Part shown: one piece after another, positions 8,902-16,724 of the stretch | How positions within the stretch are numbered: position 1 is the stretch's first letter | Layout of the letters: each line of letters begins with the position of its first letter | IMG/VR virus record: IMGVR_UViG_3300024996_000142 | Coordinates: 1 to 43,798 of that record | DNA length: 43,798 nucleotides | Source: a virus | Taxonomy: Duplodnaviria > Caudoviricetes | Direction: 5' to 3' (one strand) | The notes under the pieces: generated by a model | What the model saw: only the letters and a program-made list of their open reading frames with translations | Database searches by the model: none | Told to the model about the DNA's origin: nothing | Translations under genes and position numbers: made by a program

Positions 8902-9291
8902 CTATGCGGTTGCGGTGTTGAAAAGGGTTTCGAGTGCGTCCAGCGCGGCGGCGGGGTCGTCGGTGATGGCTCGCAGGCGGCTGCCAATGTCGAGCAGGGT
9001 CTTGAGTTCGTCCGGGCTGTCGATGCCCTCCCCATGCAACAGCGCAGCATGCTTCAGCAGGTCATGCACGCCGCCTTCGGGCAATGCATCACACAGTTCG
9101 GCAAGCTCGCCAGGCGTGAAAGGCTCGTGCTCGGTGATCAGGTCGGTGTAGGGGGTGAGCTCCCGTGCGTCTTCCAGCGCCTGCGTCAGGCGTGCGCGCA
9201 GCTCGCGTTCCAACGGCGTGGTGGTGAGTGCGTCATCCGCGTTGTCGGCGAAGAGGAGCAATTCCTCATCGGTGAGGGTGCGCAGGTTCAT
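8902..9291 (-). CDS. Hypothetical acidic phage protein
   Basis: 129-aa ORF, MNLRTLTDEELL...TTPLERELRARL, in operon. Confidence 0.75.
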   Translation of the reverse strand: MNLRTLTDEELLLFADNADDALTTTPLERELRARLTQALEDARELTPYTDLITEHEPFTPGELAELCDALPEGGVHDLLKHAALLHGEGIDSPDELKTLLDIGSRLRAITDDPAAALDALETLFNTATA

Positions 9292-9953
9292 GGCCGCCCC
9301 TTGGTGCGCGCCGCCTCGATGCGCGACGTAGCGACTTCCAGCAGCATCTGGTACTCGTGCTGGATGCGCCCGTCGTGTTTCTCAGCGCTGGCGGCCAAGA
9401 ACTCGGCAACGGTGCCTCGAAAGCCGCCGCGCGTCACTTCAAGCGTGTTGTTCTTGGTGTTGTAGACCGACAGCGTGCCATTTTCAGAGCCGACATGACT
9501 GAACCAGCAGATGAGGCCGTCGCCGGAGACCCACGCGTCGCCGGAGACCCACGCGTCGCCGAAGACCTGCGCGTCGCCGGAGACCTGCGCGTCGCCGGAG
9601 ACCCGCGCGTCGCCGGAGACCCGCGCGTCGCCGAAGACCTGCGCGTCGCCGGAGACCCGCGCGTTGCCGAAGACCTGCGCGTCGCCGGAGACCCACGCGT
9701 TGCCGAAGACCTGCGCGTCGCCGAAGACCTGCGCGTCGCCGGAGACCTGCGCGTCGCCGGAGACCCACGCGTTGCCGGAGACCTGCGCGAGGTTGTTTTC
9801 ATTTTCGACATAGCCCCCGAGGGTCCCCGGTGTTATGCCGAGGGCAGCGATGGCATCCAGTGCGCGGATGCGCTTGCCGGTGCGCCCTGGGGCGATGGTG
9901 ATCTCATCGCCGGGGACGAACTCCCAGCGGTTTTGCTGCACGGGGGCGGTCAT
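9288..9953 (-). CDS. Hexapeptide-repeat (G[DN]A[QWR]V[SF]) beta-helix protein
   Basis: RIRAL...G.LGGYVENENNL N-terminus, 14 tandem hexapeptides, C-terminal GF.GTVAEFL domain. Confidence 0.85.
   Translation of the reverse strand: MTAPVQQNRWEFVPGDEITIAPGRTGKRIRALDAIAALGITPGTLGGYVENENNLAQVSGNAWVSGDAQVSGDAQVFGDAQVFGNAWVSGDAQVFGNARVSGDAQVFGDARVSGDARVSGDAQVSGDAQVFGDAWVSGDAWVSGDGLICWFSHVGSENGTLSVYNTKNNTLEVTRGGFRGTVAEFLAASAEKHDGRIQHEYQMLLEVATSRIEAARTKGRP
9520..9790. repeat. Intragenic 18-bp tandem repeat, 14 full units plus partial flanks
   Basis: Minus-strand unit GGC RAC GCG (CAG/TGG/CGG) GTC TYC. Confidence 0.95.
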
Positions 9954-10081
9954 CGCGCGCCCTCCCGCAGACACTTGGCGATGGCATCGGCGCCGGTGGT
10001 GGCGCTGATCATTTCGCTGTGCAGCTTGCGGTGGTCGTGCACGAGGTAAAGCAGGCCGGGGATGACAGGGGTGGCTGACAT
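9950..10081 (-). CDS. Small hypothetical protein (43 aa), first gene after PL
   Basis: MSATPVIPGLLYLVHDHRKL...; ATGA overlap with the next gene. Confidence 0.55.
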   Translation of the reverse strand: MSATPVIPGLLYLVHDHRKLHSEMISATTGADAIAKCLREGAR

Positions 10082-10118
10082 GGGGTTTGCGCCTTTCGCG
10101 GTGTTGTTGTTGTGGTTG

Positions 10119-10158
10119 ATTCTACAAATGTAGAAACAAAATTGTCAACACGTGTAGA
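10119..10158 (-). promoter_or_regulatory. PL promoter with OL operators
   Basis: TTGACA (10148-10143), N18, TAGAAT (10124-10119); operators TCTACAAATGTAGA (10121-34) and TCAACACGTGTAGA (10145-58). Confidence 0.8.
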
Positions 10159-10177
10159 AATATTTTTCTACAGGCGC

Positions 10178-10208
10178 AAAAAAGCCGCCTCTATGGGCGG
10201 CTTTATTT
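10178..10208 (-). terminator. Rho-independent terminator of the cI operon (possibly bidirectional)
   Basis: AAAGCCGCC/GGCGGCTTT stem followed by T6 on the minus strand. Confidence 0.8.
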
Positions 10209-10284
10209 GTAGCGTTTTAAGGTTCTAGCGCTTACTGGGCATGCTCGGGCAGCTATAAAATTAGCGTAAAACCTCGGTGGATGG

Positions 10285-10596
10285 CTAGTAGTGATTGACG
10301 TTGTGTTCGTCGTACTGTTCGCCGTAGCGCACCACCACGCCATCGCGCAACGTGACTTGGTAGGTGCGCGGCCAGGTGGAGATGGCGTGCTTCATGCGCT
10401 TGTAGACGAGGTATTCCTCGTGCTTGTCACCATCGGCGCCCACCGAGACCGGATCACCCAAGGCATGGATGACCTGGGCGCGGGTCATACCCACGCGCAG
10501 GTTTTCGAAGTCGGCTGAGGTGCCATAGACCATGGCCTGGCAGCCCGCCAAGATGAGTGCGCAAAGAAATATAAGCGTCTTGAGAGGGTGGTGCAT
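10285..10596 (-). CDS. Lipoprotein, SmpA/OmlA(BamE)-like; possible superinfection exclusion
   Basis: Signal peptide with LAGC lipobox; LRVGMTRAQVIHALGDP motif. Confidence 0.75.
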   Translation of the reverse strand: MHHPLKTLIFLCALILAGCQAMVYGTSADFENLRVGMTRAQVIHALGDPVSVGADGDKHEEYLVYKRMKHAISTWPRTYQVTLRDGVVVRYGEQYDEHNVNHY

Positions 10597-10628
10597 AGCG
10601 GTCTCCTCGGGTTTTTGGTGCACGGTTT

Positions 10629-11111
10629 TCACTCCGCTGGCCGGTGCCAAGGTTCGAACGCAGGAACCCACGGTAAGGTTTCCTTCTCATGCCATTGCCC
10701 TTCGTGCACCCAACGGGCGAAAGCCCAGCAAGCTCCGTGCGCGAATTGGCTGCGCAAGATGGCCGCCAAATTGGTGTCCGATTCGTGCAGGCCGCGGCCG
10801 TAGTGTGCGGCGGTTGCAACAATGCTGGCTTTCATGTATCCAGCGCATCCCGGGGCGCCATCGTCAAGTCGGTAGCTTTGGACCTTGAACTTCCAAAAAT
10901 AGGTGTGCCACTTGCAGCGGGAAAGCAAAGACCCAATTGCACTATCCAGACCAACGTCGGGGTTGCGCGGGTGTCGGAAATAGTCGGCGGCCACGGTGAT
11001 GAGCGCGTGCAGTTCAAGGCTGCGGATCGGGGCCGCCTGTTTGGCCGTCCTGCGGCCGAACTCGATCAGGTCTATGGCCTGTAGCTCGTCGTGAGGGGCT
11101 CCGGGGCTCAT
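10629..11111 (-). CDS. Hypothetical protein (160 aa) coupled to cI
   Basis: ATGA overlap with the cI stop; Trp/His-rich; no family recognised. Confidence 0.6.
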   Translation of the reverse strand: MSPGAPHDELQAIDLIEFGRRTAKQAAPIRSLELHALITVAADYFRHPRNPDVGLDSAIGSLLSRCKWHTYFWKFKVQSYRLDDGAPGCAGYMKASIVATAAHYGRGLHESDTNLAAILRSQFAHGACWAFARWVHEGQWHEKETLPWVPAFEPWHRPAE

Positions 11112-11749
11112 ATCCTCTCGCTTTGCTTGTGCACGATGCGCCCCAGGATCACGCTGCCCGCGTCGCAAATCTTGCGCGGGTAAGCGGCCTGGTTGGGGTT
11201 GTCGCTCGATAGCCACCACTGGCCCGCGTCACGCACCAGGCGCTTGATCACGAGCTCGCCCTCATAGTTGACGGCGAACACGGCGCCGTCAAAAGGCTGG
11301 TTGTCCTCGGTGTTCACGACGACGGTGTCGCCATGGTACAGCCCCGGCTCCATCGAGCCATTGGCCACGCGCACGGCAAAGAGGCGGGCGGGCTTGTAGC
11401 CGTGGCTGGCAAACCACGCGCGCTGAAAGACGATGGGCGCGGCATCCTCATCGGTGTACTCGACGCCAAAGCCGGAAGCCCCGGCCGAGAGCTTGAAGCG
11501 CACGCGGCGGATCGCCGGGTAGTCGGGGTTGTCGTCGAGGGCGATAGCTTTTGGGGCCTCCGCTCCCTCCAAGGCCTCGACGGTCAAGCCCAAGGCTGCT
11601 GCAAGCGCCGTTGCATATTTCGAGCGGCTGCTGTCTCTGAGTTCCAAAGCGCTGATGGTGCCGACCTCGACCCCTGAGCGCTCCGCGAGATGCTCAAGCG
11701 TAAGCCCCGCTTTTGTGCGGTAGCGCCTGATGTTTGACCCTAGTGCCAT
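11108..11749 (-). CDS. cI: CI-like repressor (XRE HTH plus S24 autopeptidase)
   Basis: N-terminal HTH; SAG cleavage site, GSMEP Ser and VIKRL Lys. Confidence 0.95.
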   Translation of the reverse strand: MALGSNIRRYRTKAGLTLEHLAERSGVEVGTISALELRDSSRSKYATALAAALGLTVEALEGAEAPKAIALDDNPDYPAIRRVRFKLSAGASGFGVEYTDEDAAPIVFQRAWFASHGYKPARLFAVRVANGSMEPGLYHGDTVVVNTEDNQPFDGAVFAVNYEGELVIKRLVRDAGQWWLSSDNPNQAAYPRKICDAGSVILGRIVHKQSERI

Positions 11750-11755
11750 AGCTCT

Positions 11756-11822
11756 AAATTAAACAGTTGTTGAACATCAGGCAAGAACAAGTGTTGAGTT
11801 TTGATTTCTACACTCGTAGAAT
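11756..11822. promoter_or_regulatory. OR region: three 14-bp operators with divergent PRM and PR
   Basis: TAAACAGTTGTTGA (11760-73), AGAACAAGTGTTGA (11784-97), TCTACACTCGTAGA (11807-20); PR TTGAGT-N17-TAGAAT; PRM TTGCCT-N17-TAATTT on the minus strand. Confidence 0.8.
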
Positions 11823-11829
11823 TACTAGC

Positions 11830-12066
11830 ATGAACGCTTTCCATCAAGCCCTTGACAATGCCGGTGGCCCGGCAAAACTGGCCGCGCTGCTTGGATGCTC
11901 CGTGCAGGCCGTGTGCTTTTGGCGCGACGGCCTGAGGCGCATCCCCGCCGAGCGATGTCCCGACATCGAGCGCCTGACGGGGGTGCGCTGCGAGGAGCTG
12001 CGCCCGGACGTGAACTGGACGGTGTTGCGCGGCGCGCCGGTGGGGGAGGTAGTGGCTCATGGCTGA
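11830..12066 (+). CDS. cro: Cro-like (YdaS family) regulator
   Basis: AGGPAKLAALLGCSVQAVCFW...IPAERCPDIERLTGVRCEELRPD; divergent from cI; start reassigned to ATG 11830. Confidence 0.9.
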   Translation: MNAFHQALDNAGGPAKLAALLGCSVQAVCFWRDGLRRIPAERCPDIERLTGVRCEELRPDVNWTVLRGAPVGEVVAHG

Positions 12067-12223
12067 AGTCACTGCGATAGTCTTCGCCACGCTCTACATG
12101 CTCGCGCTGCTGGTGAGTGCGATGGTGCCCGACCGGCGCATCTGGTTCCTGCTGGTCTTCACCTGCGGCCCGGTGCTGGCGATAGTGTTGTGGCTGCATC
12201 GCGGACTTTTTTGGCATGTCTGA
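12059..12223 (+). CDS. Small membrane protein (54 aa, two hydrophobic segments)
   Basis: Hand translation MAEVTAIVFATLYMLALLVSAMVPDRRIWFLLVFTCGPVLAIVLWLHRGLFWHV; GGAGG RBS; overlaps both neighbours. Confidence 0.65.
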   Translation: MAEVTAIVFATLYMLALLVSAMVPDRRIWFLLVFTCGPVLAIVLWLHRGLFWHV

Positions 12224-12437
12224 CTCCAATATGGCCGAGCTGCGCGGCATGTGCCCGCAGGATGTGGTGGTGGCGCTGGACGCGATCGCGATGGCCAAGG
12301 GCACGAACCGCAACGCTTACGTGGTGCAGGTGCTCACCGCCGAGGTCAAGCGCTACCTGGACGAGCTCACTGTGGTGCAGCGCACGCTGCAGGGCAATCC
12401 GCTGCTGTCGGATGCCGAGGGGAAGGGGCGCGGATGA
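12216..12437 (+). CDS. Small RHH-like DNA-binding protein in the CII position
   Basis: AELRGMCPQDVVVALDAIAMAKGTNRNAYVVQVL strand-helix-helix pattern. Confidence 0.7.
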   Translation: MSDSNMAELRGMCPQDVVVALDAIAMAKGTNRNAYVVQVLTAEVKRYLDELTVVQRTLQGNPLLSDAEGKGRG

Positions 12438-13132
12438 CCCGACGTTTCTGGAACCCCGAGGAAGAGGCGCTGCTCGCCCGGCTCTACGCCGATCTGCCTG
12501 CGCCGGAGTGCGCGCGCCGCCTTGGCCGCAGCGTGAGCTCGGTCTACGGCCAGGTGAACAAACTGGGCCTGACCAAGAGCGCGGCCTTCTGGGCCAGCGA
12601 CCGCACCGGGCGCATACAGCGCGGACTGCAAGACCCACGCATGCGCGTCGGCCAGTTCAAACCGGGCTCGCCCCCTTGGAACAAAGGCAAGCCGGGCTTG
12701 ACAGGCCACCATCCCAACACGCAGGCGCACCAGTTCAAGCCCGGGCGCAAGCCCGAGGAAGCGCGCAACTACCTGCCAATCGGCTCCGAGCGGTTGAATC
12801 ACGACGGCGTGCTCGAGCGCAAGATGAGCGACGACACCAGCGTGTACCCCGCCCGGCGCTGGACGCCGGTGCATCGGCTGGTCTGGGAGGCAGCGCACGG
12901 CCCCGTGCCGCGCGGGCGCGTCGTGGTGTTCAAGCCCGGCCAGCGCACCGCCGTGGCGGGCGAGATCACGCTCGATCGCCTCGAATGCATCACGCGCCGC
13001 GAGCTCATCCAGCGCAACAGCGTGCACCGCCGCCCCGAGCTGGCGGGCATCTATCAACTCAAGGGCGCGATCACGCGCCAGGTCAACCGCATCAACCGCG
13101 AGGCCGAGGCGGCCGCGCAAGCCAAGGAGTAA
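12434..13132 (+). CDS. HNH-like endonuclease-domain protein with Myb-like N-terminus and FKPG repeats
   Basis: WNPEEEALL, two FKPG..P repeats, VHRLVWEAAHGPVP...LECITRRELIQRN; start reassigned to ATG 12434. Confidence 0.8.
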   Translation: MTRRFWNPEEEALLARLYADLPAPECARRLGRSVSSVYGQVNKLGLTKSAAFWASDRTGRIQRGLQDPRMRVGQFKPGSPPWNKGKPGLTGHHPNTQAHQFKPGRKPEEARNYLPIGSERLNHDGVLERKMSDDTSVYPARRWTPVHRLVWEAAHGPVPRGRVVVFKPGQRTAVAGEITLDRLECITRRELIQRNSVHRRPELAGIYQLKGAITRQVNRINREAEAAAQAKE

Positions 13133-13135
13133 CCC

Positions 13136-13414
13136 ATGAGCACGCCCCATATCAACACCCTGCGCGAGCACCTCCTGGCCACGCTGGCCGACCTGCGCAA
13201 CCGCGAGAACCCGATGGAACCGGACCGCGCCCGCGCCATCGCGCAGGTGGCCAGCGTGCTGGTGGACACGGCCAAGGTCGAGGTGGATTACGTCAAGGCC
13301 ACCGGCCAGGATCGCGCCGATTTCATCGAGCAGCCGAGCGCGCTGCCCGCGCCCTCGCAGGGCCCCACGGCGCACAACCCGTTTCCGGTGAGTGCGCGCC
13401 ACCATCTGTCATGA
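13136..13414 (+). CDS. Conserved hypothetical phage protein
   Basis: LREHLLATLADL...DRARAIAQVASVLVDTAKVEVDY; AAGGAG RBS. Confidence 0.8.
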   Translation: MSTPHINTLREHLLATLADLRNRENPMEPDRARAIAQVASVLVDTAKVEVDYVKATGQDRADFIEQPSALPAPSQGPTAHNPFPVSARHHLS

Positions 13415-15483
13415 CGGGCGTGAGCAGCATCAACCCCCGCCTGAAGGCGCTGCACTGCCCCGCGCCCCTGGTCGAGCTGCCCGGCTGGCTGGTGTGGCGC
13501 GAGGAGGCGAACCCCAAGGCTGACAAGCCGCGCAAGGTGCCCTACTACGCCAGTGGTGGGCGGCGCATGGGCAAGCAGGGCAGCGTGCAGGACAGGGCAA
13601 AGCTGGTGACGTTTGCCGCCGCGCGCGACGCGGCAGTGCGCACCGGCGCCAGCGGCGTAGGACTGGCTCTGCTGCCCGAGTTCGGCGTGGTGGCACTCGA
13701 TTTCGACCGCTGCGTGGACGAGGAGGGGCGCATCGACGACACCGTCGAGCGCCTGGTGAGTGGCACGTACGCCGAAGTCTCGCCCAGCGGGCGGGGCGTG
13801 CGCGCTTTCATGCTGGGCGATCTGGGCAACCACAAGAGCGCCTCGGGCGCGGACGCGCCTTGGGGTTTCGAGGTTTTCAGCTCCAACGGTTTCGTCACAC
13901 TCACGGGCGACGCGCTTGATGGCACCTACATGCTTTGCGCCGAGGACACGGTACTGCCGGTCTCGCGCGAGGTGCACCAACTGAGCGCGCGGCGCTTCGG
14001 CGGGCAGCCGCTGCAGGCGCCCGAGCGCGACGCTGATCCCTTGATGGAGCACGAGCCCCCCGTGGGCCTGAGCCCCGAGCAGCTCGGCGAGCTCTTGGGC
14101 GCGCTGGATGCGGACATGCCCTACGGCCAGTGGCTGGCGGTGGGCATGGCGCTGCACCACGAGACGGATGGCGAGGGTTTCGAGCTGTGGGACACCTGGA
14201 GCAGCCAGGGCAGCAAGTACGACGGCGCCGAGCAGCTCGCGCTCAAGTGGCAGGGCTTCGGGCGCGAGGCCGGGCGACCGGTGACGGCGCGTTACCTGCT
14301 CAAGCTGGGCAAGGAGGGCGGCGTGCGCCTGGCGGACGGCTCTTCGGGCGCGGCGGATGTGCTGCGCGAGCTGGACGCGCTGGACGAGTTTGATGACGTG
14401 AGCGGCGAAGTAGTCCAGCCGCCCTCGGTGGACGAGGTGGGCGAGAAGCCCGAGCGCAAGCTGAAGTTCCGCGTCGAGAGCGCGGATGCGTTCAGCCAGG
14501 GCGCCGAGCCGCAGTGGATCATCAAGGGCTTGCTGCCGCGTGCCGAGCTCGGGGTGTTGTACGGCGAGCCAGGCAGCGGCAAGAGCTTCATGGCACTTGA
14601 CCTGGCCATGTCGGTCGCGCGTGGCGAGCCCTGGCGCGGCATGCGCGTGAAACCGGGACGCGTGGTGTACGTCGCCGCCGAGGGCGGCGGGGGCTTCAGG
14701 AAGCGCTTGCGCGCCTACGCCCGCCAGCACGACATATCCTTGGCCGGACTGCCTCTGGGCGTGGTGAGCGTGGCGCCCAACTTGCTGCAGCGCATGGACG
14801 CGGTGGAGCTGATCCGCGCCATCCGCGCGGCCTTCCCAGGAGACGAGATCGCGCTGGTGGTGTTGGACACCTTCGCCCAAGTCACGCCCGGGGGCAACGA
14901 GAACAGCGCCGAGGACGTGGGCCGAGCGCTGGCGCATTGCAAGGCCATCCACCAGGCGCTGGCGGCGCTGGTGCTGCTGGTGCACCACGCAGGCAAGGAC
15001 GTGAGCAAGGGCGCCCGGGGCTGGTCAGGCCTGCGCGCGGCGGCCGACGTGGAGCTGCAGGTTACGCGCCTGCCAGGTGCCCGGGTGCTGAAGGTGACGA
15101 AGCAAAAGGACGGCGACGACCAGGGTGAGTGGGGCTTTGACCTGGAGGTGGTGGCGCTGGGCGAGGATGCTGACGGCGATGTGATCACCTCCTGCGTGGT
15201 GGTCGAGGCCGAGGTGCCGGTGGCGCAGGCGACAGGGCGCGGTCGGCCTGCAGCCTCGGGCAAGTGGCAGGCCTTGGTGGTGGAGGTGGTGGGCGAGTTC
15301 GCCCTGGCGCAGTCGCGCATGGCCGTGGCTGACGTGCTGGCTGAGTGCCTGGGGCGCGCCCCGGCGCCTGAAGAGGGCAAGCGCGATACGCGGCGTCAAC
15401 ACTTGCGCCGGGCCCTTCAAGACCTGAGCACGGGCGGCGATGCGCCTTATTTCATCGAGGACGATTACCTGGAGGTGGTTTGA
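13411..15483 (+). CDS. AEP primase-polymerase / PriCT-2 / RepA-type (AAA_25) helicase fusion
   Basis: KVPY, ALDFD, EVSPSG; YGQWLAVGMALH...WS; GEPGSGKS, VLDT and VHHAGK motifs; start reassigned to ATG 13411. Confidence 0.9.
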   Translation: MTGVSSINPRLKALHCPAPLVELPGWLVWREEANPKADKPRKVPYYASGGRRMGKQGSVQDRAKLVTFAAARDAAVRTGASGVGLALLPEFGVVALDFDRCVDEEGRIDDTVERLVSGTYAEVSPSGRGVRAFMLGDLGNHKSASGADAPWGFEVFSSNGFVTLTGDALDGTYMLCAEDTVLPVSREVHQLSARRFGGQPLQAPERDADPLMEHEPPVGLSPEQLGELLGALDADMPYGQWLAVGMALHHETDGEGFELWDTWSSQGSKYDGAEQLALKWQGFGREAGRPVTARYLLKLGKEGGVRLADGSSGAADVLRELDALDEFDDVSGEVVQPPSVDEVGEKPERKLKFRVESADAFSQGAEPQWIIKGLLPRAELGVLYGEPGSGKSFMALDLAMSVARGEPWRGMRVKPGRVVYVAAEGGGGFRKRLRAYARQHDISLAGLPLGVVSVAPNLLQRMDAVELIRAIRAAFPGDEIALVVLDTFAQVTPGGNENSAEDVGRALAHCKAIHQALAALVLLVHHAGKDVSKGARGWSGLRAAADVELQVTRLPGARVLKVTKQKDGDDQGEWGFDLEVVALGEDADGDVITSCVVVEAEVPVAQATGRGRPAASGKWQALVVEVVGEFALAQSRMAVADVLAECLGRAPAPEEGKRDTRRQHLRRALQDLSTGGDAPYFIEDDYLEVV

Positions 15484-15731
15484 TGCCTTTTGTTCGTGAA
15501 ACCCGGATTGGGGACGAGTACCTACGCGGAGGGCGCGTCTGGCGGGCTGTTGGCTTCGAGCCTTACACCCGCAAGGATGGTTCCGAGACCGAACTTGCGG
15601 TGTGGCGAGGCTACTGCACCAAGTGCAATCAGGCGTTTGAAGTGAAGACCCCTGGCGCCACCATTCTCGATGCTTCGGGCAGTTTTGACCGCAAACGGTG
15701 CCGCGCGTGCATCGACAAGAGCACGAAATGA
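15483..15731 (+). CDS. Small Zn-ribbon protein (CxxC...CxxC)
   Basis: CTKC and CRAC; TGATG overlap with the primase stop. Confidence 0.6.
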   Translation: MPFVRETRIGDEYLRGGRVWRAVGFEPYTRKDGSETELAVWRGYCTKCNQAFEVKTPGATILDASGSFDRKRCRACIDKSTK

Positions 15732-15945
15732 ACGCGCAAATTTTTACAGACAAGGTGAACGCGGTTGTTTTTGCGCAAATAGAACGCGCGTTTTCTTGCG
15801 CATACGGGGGTGCACCACGCACCAATAAATGCACCGTGGTGCACCGTGGTGCAGGGTGCAAGCCCGGAATTGCACCACTGCACCAGACCCCCTTTATGGG
15901 GATGGTGCTGTGGTGCAACGGTGCAGGGGGTTGGTGCGGTGCAGC
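15732..15945. promoter_or_regulatory. Putative replication origin: AT-rich tract plus GCACC/GGTGC iteron cluster
   Basis: About 15 GCACC/GGTGC pentamers in both orientations and a hairpin at 15870-15918, downstream of the primase-helicase. Confidence 0.6.
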
Positions 15946-16014
15946 CAAATCGATTTCCCGCCTTCACCACTGGCCGCTTTCTGAACGTGTGAAAAACAAC
16001 GGGTTCAGCGTCTC

Positions 16015-16230
16015 ATGCCCAGTCTGCAAAAAATGACAAATTCACGCGGGTGGCGGATCGGGCAGGATCATCCCCGGGCAAAGTACACCGACCGGGAAGC
16101 TGAGCTGGTGCTGGAACTGGCCGAGCAGGGGTGGGGCTCGCGGCGCATCGCGAATACGATGGAGATGCCTCGGCGCACGGTGCGCGACATCCTGAGCGGC
16201 AGGACGAGGGCACAGTGGGCGGGCGCATGA
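16015..16230 (+). CDS. Small HTH protein, candidate late-gene activator
   Basis: GQDHPRAKYTD...WGSRRIANTMEMPRRTVRDILSGRTR. Confidence 0.75.
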   Translation: MPSLQKMTNSRGWRIGQDHPRAKYTDREAELVLELAEQGWGSRRIANTMEMPRRTVRDILSGRTRAQWAGA

Positions 16231-16252
16231 CTTTGCCTGCGGGTGCTGCAAT
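16221..16252 (+). promoter_or_regulatory. Putative late promoter 1 (terS)
   Basis: GGGCGCATGA-N16-TGCAAT-N7-ATG. Confidence 0.7.
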
Positions 16253-16259
16253 CGCGTGC

Positions 16260-16724
16260 ATGGCTGCTTTGATGCTGACACCCGAAAAACTGGCTGCGTT
16301 CTGTGCTGCGCTTTCTGAAGCAGGAGGCAGCGTCACGCGGGCGTGCCGGGCCGTTGGCATCTCCCGGCAAACGGCCTACGAGTGGCGCAGCAACAGCCCG
16401 GAATTCGCCAAGGCGTGGGAGGTGGCGAAGGCACAGGGCATGGACGCGCTCGAGGACGAGGCGACGCGCCGCGCGTTCGAGGGCTTCGACAAGCCGGTGA
16501 CGTTCCAGGGCGAGGTGCGCGACACGGTGCGCGAGTACAGCGACACCTTGCTCATCTTTTTGCTCAAGGGCGGCAAGCCCGAGAAGTACCGCGAGCGTGC
16601 CGAAATATCGGGCCCTGGCGGTGGCCCGATCGAGTTGACCGAAGGCGAGCGCAGCGCCCGCGTGGCGGGGCTGCTGGCGCTGGCGCAGCACCGCGCGGAC
16701 CATGATGCTGAGGGGCTCACCTAG
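16260..16724 (+). CDS. terS: Terminase small subunit
   Basis: HTH (SVTRACRAVGISRQTAYEWR), LEDEATRRA, YSDTLLIFLLKG..PEKYRE; precedes terL. Confidence 0.88.
   Translation: MAALMLTPEKLAAFCAALSEAGGSVTRACRAVGISRQTAYEWRSNSPEFAKAWEVAKAQGMDALEDEATRRAFEGFDKPVTFQGEVRDTVREYSDTLLIFLLKGGKPEKYRERAEISGPGGGPIELTEGERSARVAGLLALAQHRADHDAEGLT

Noticed and set aside
7207-9790. CRISPR-Cas (Cas4-like gene near a repeat array)
   Set aside because: The repeats are contiguous coding units with no spacers; DUF2800 is a normal phage recombination nuclease; no other cas genes
12190-13410. 1097-aa primase ORF as called in the track
   Set aside because: The first 400 or so codons are a shadow frame over three real genes; the primase domain begins at ATG 13411
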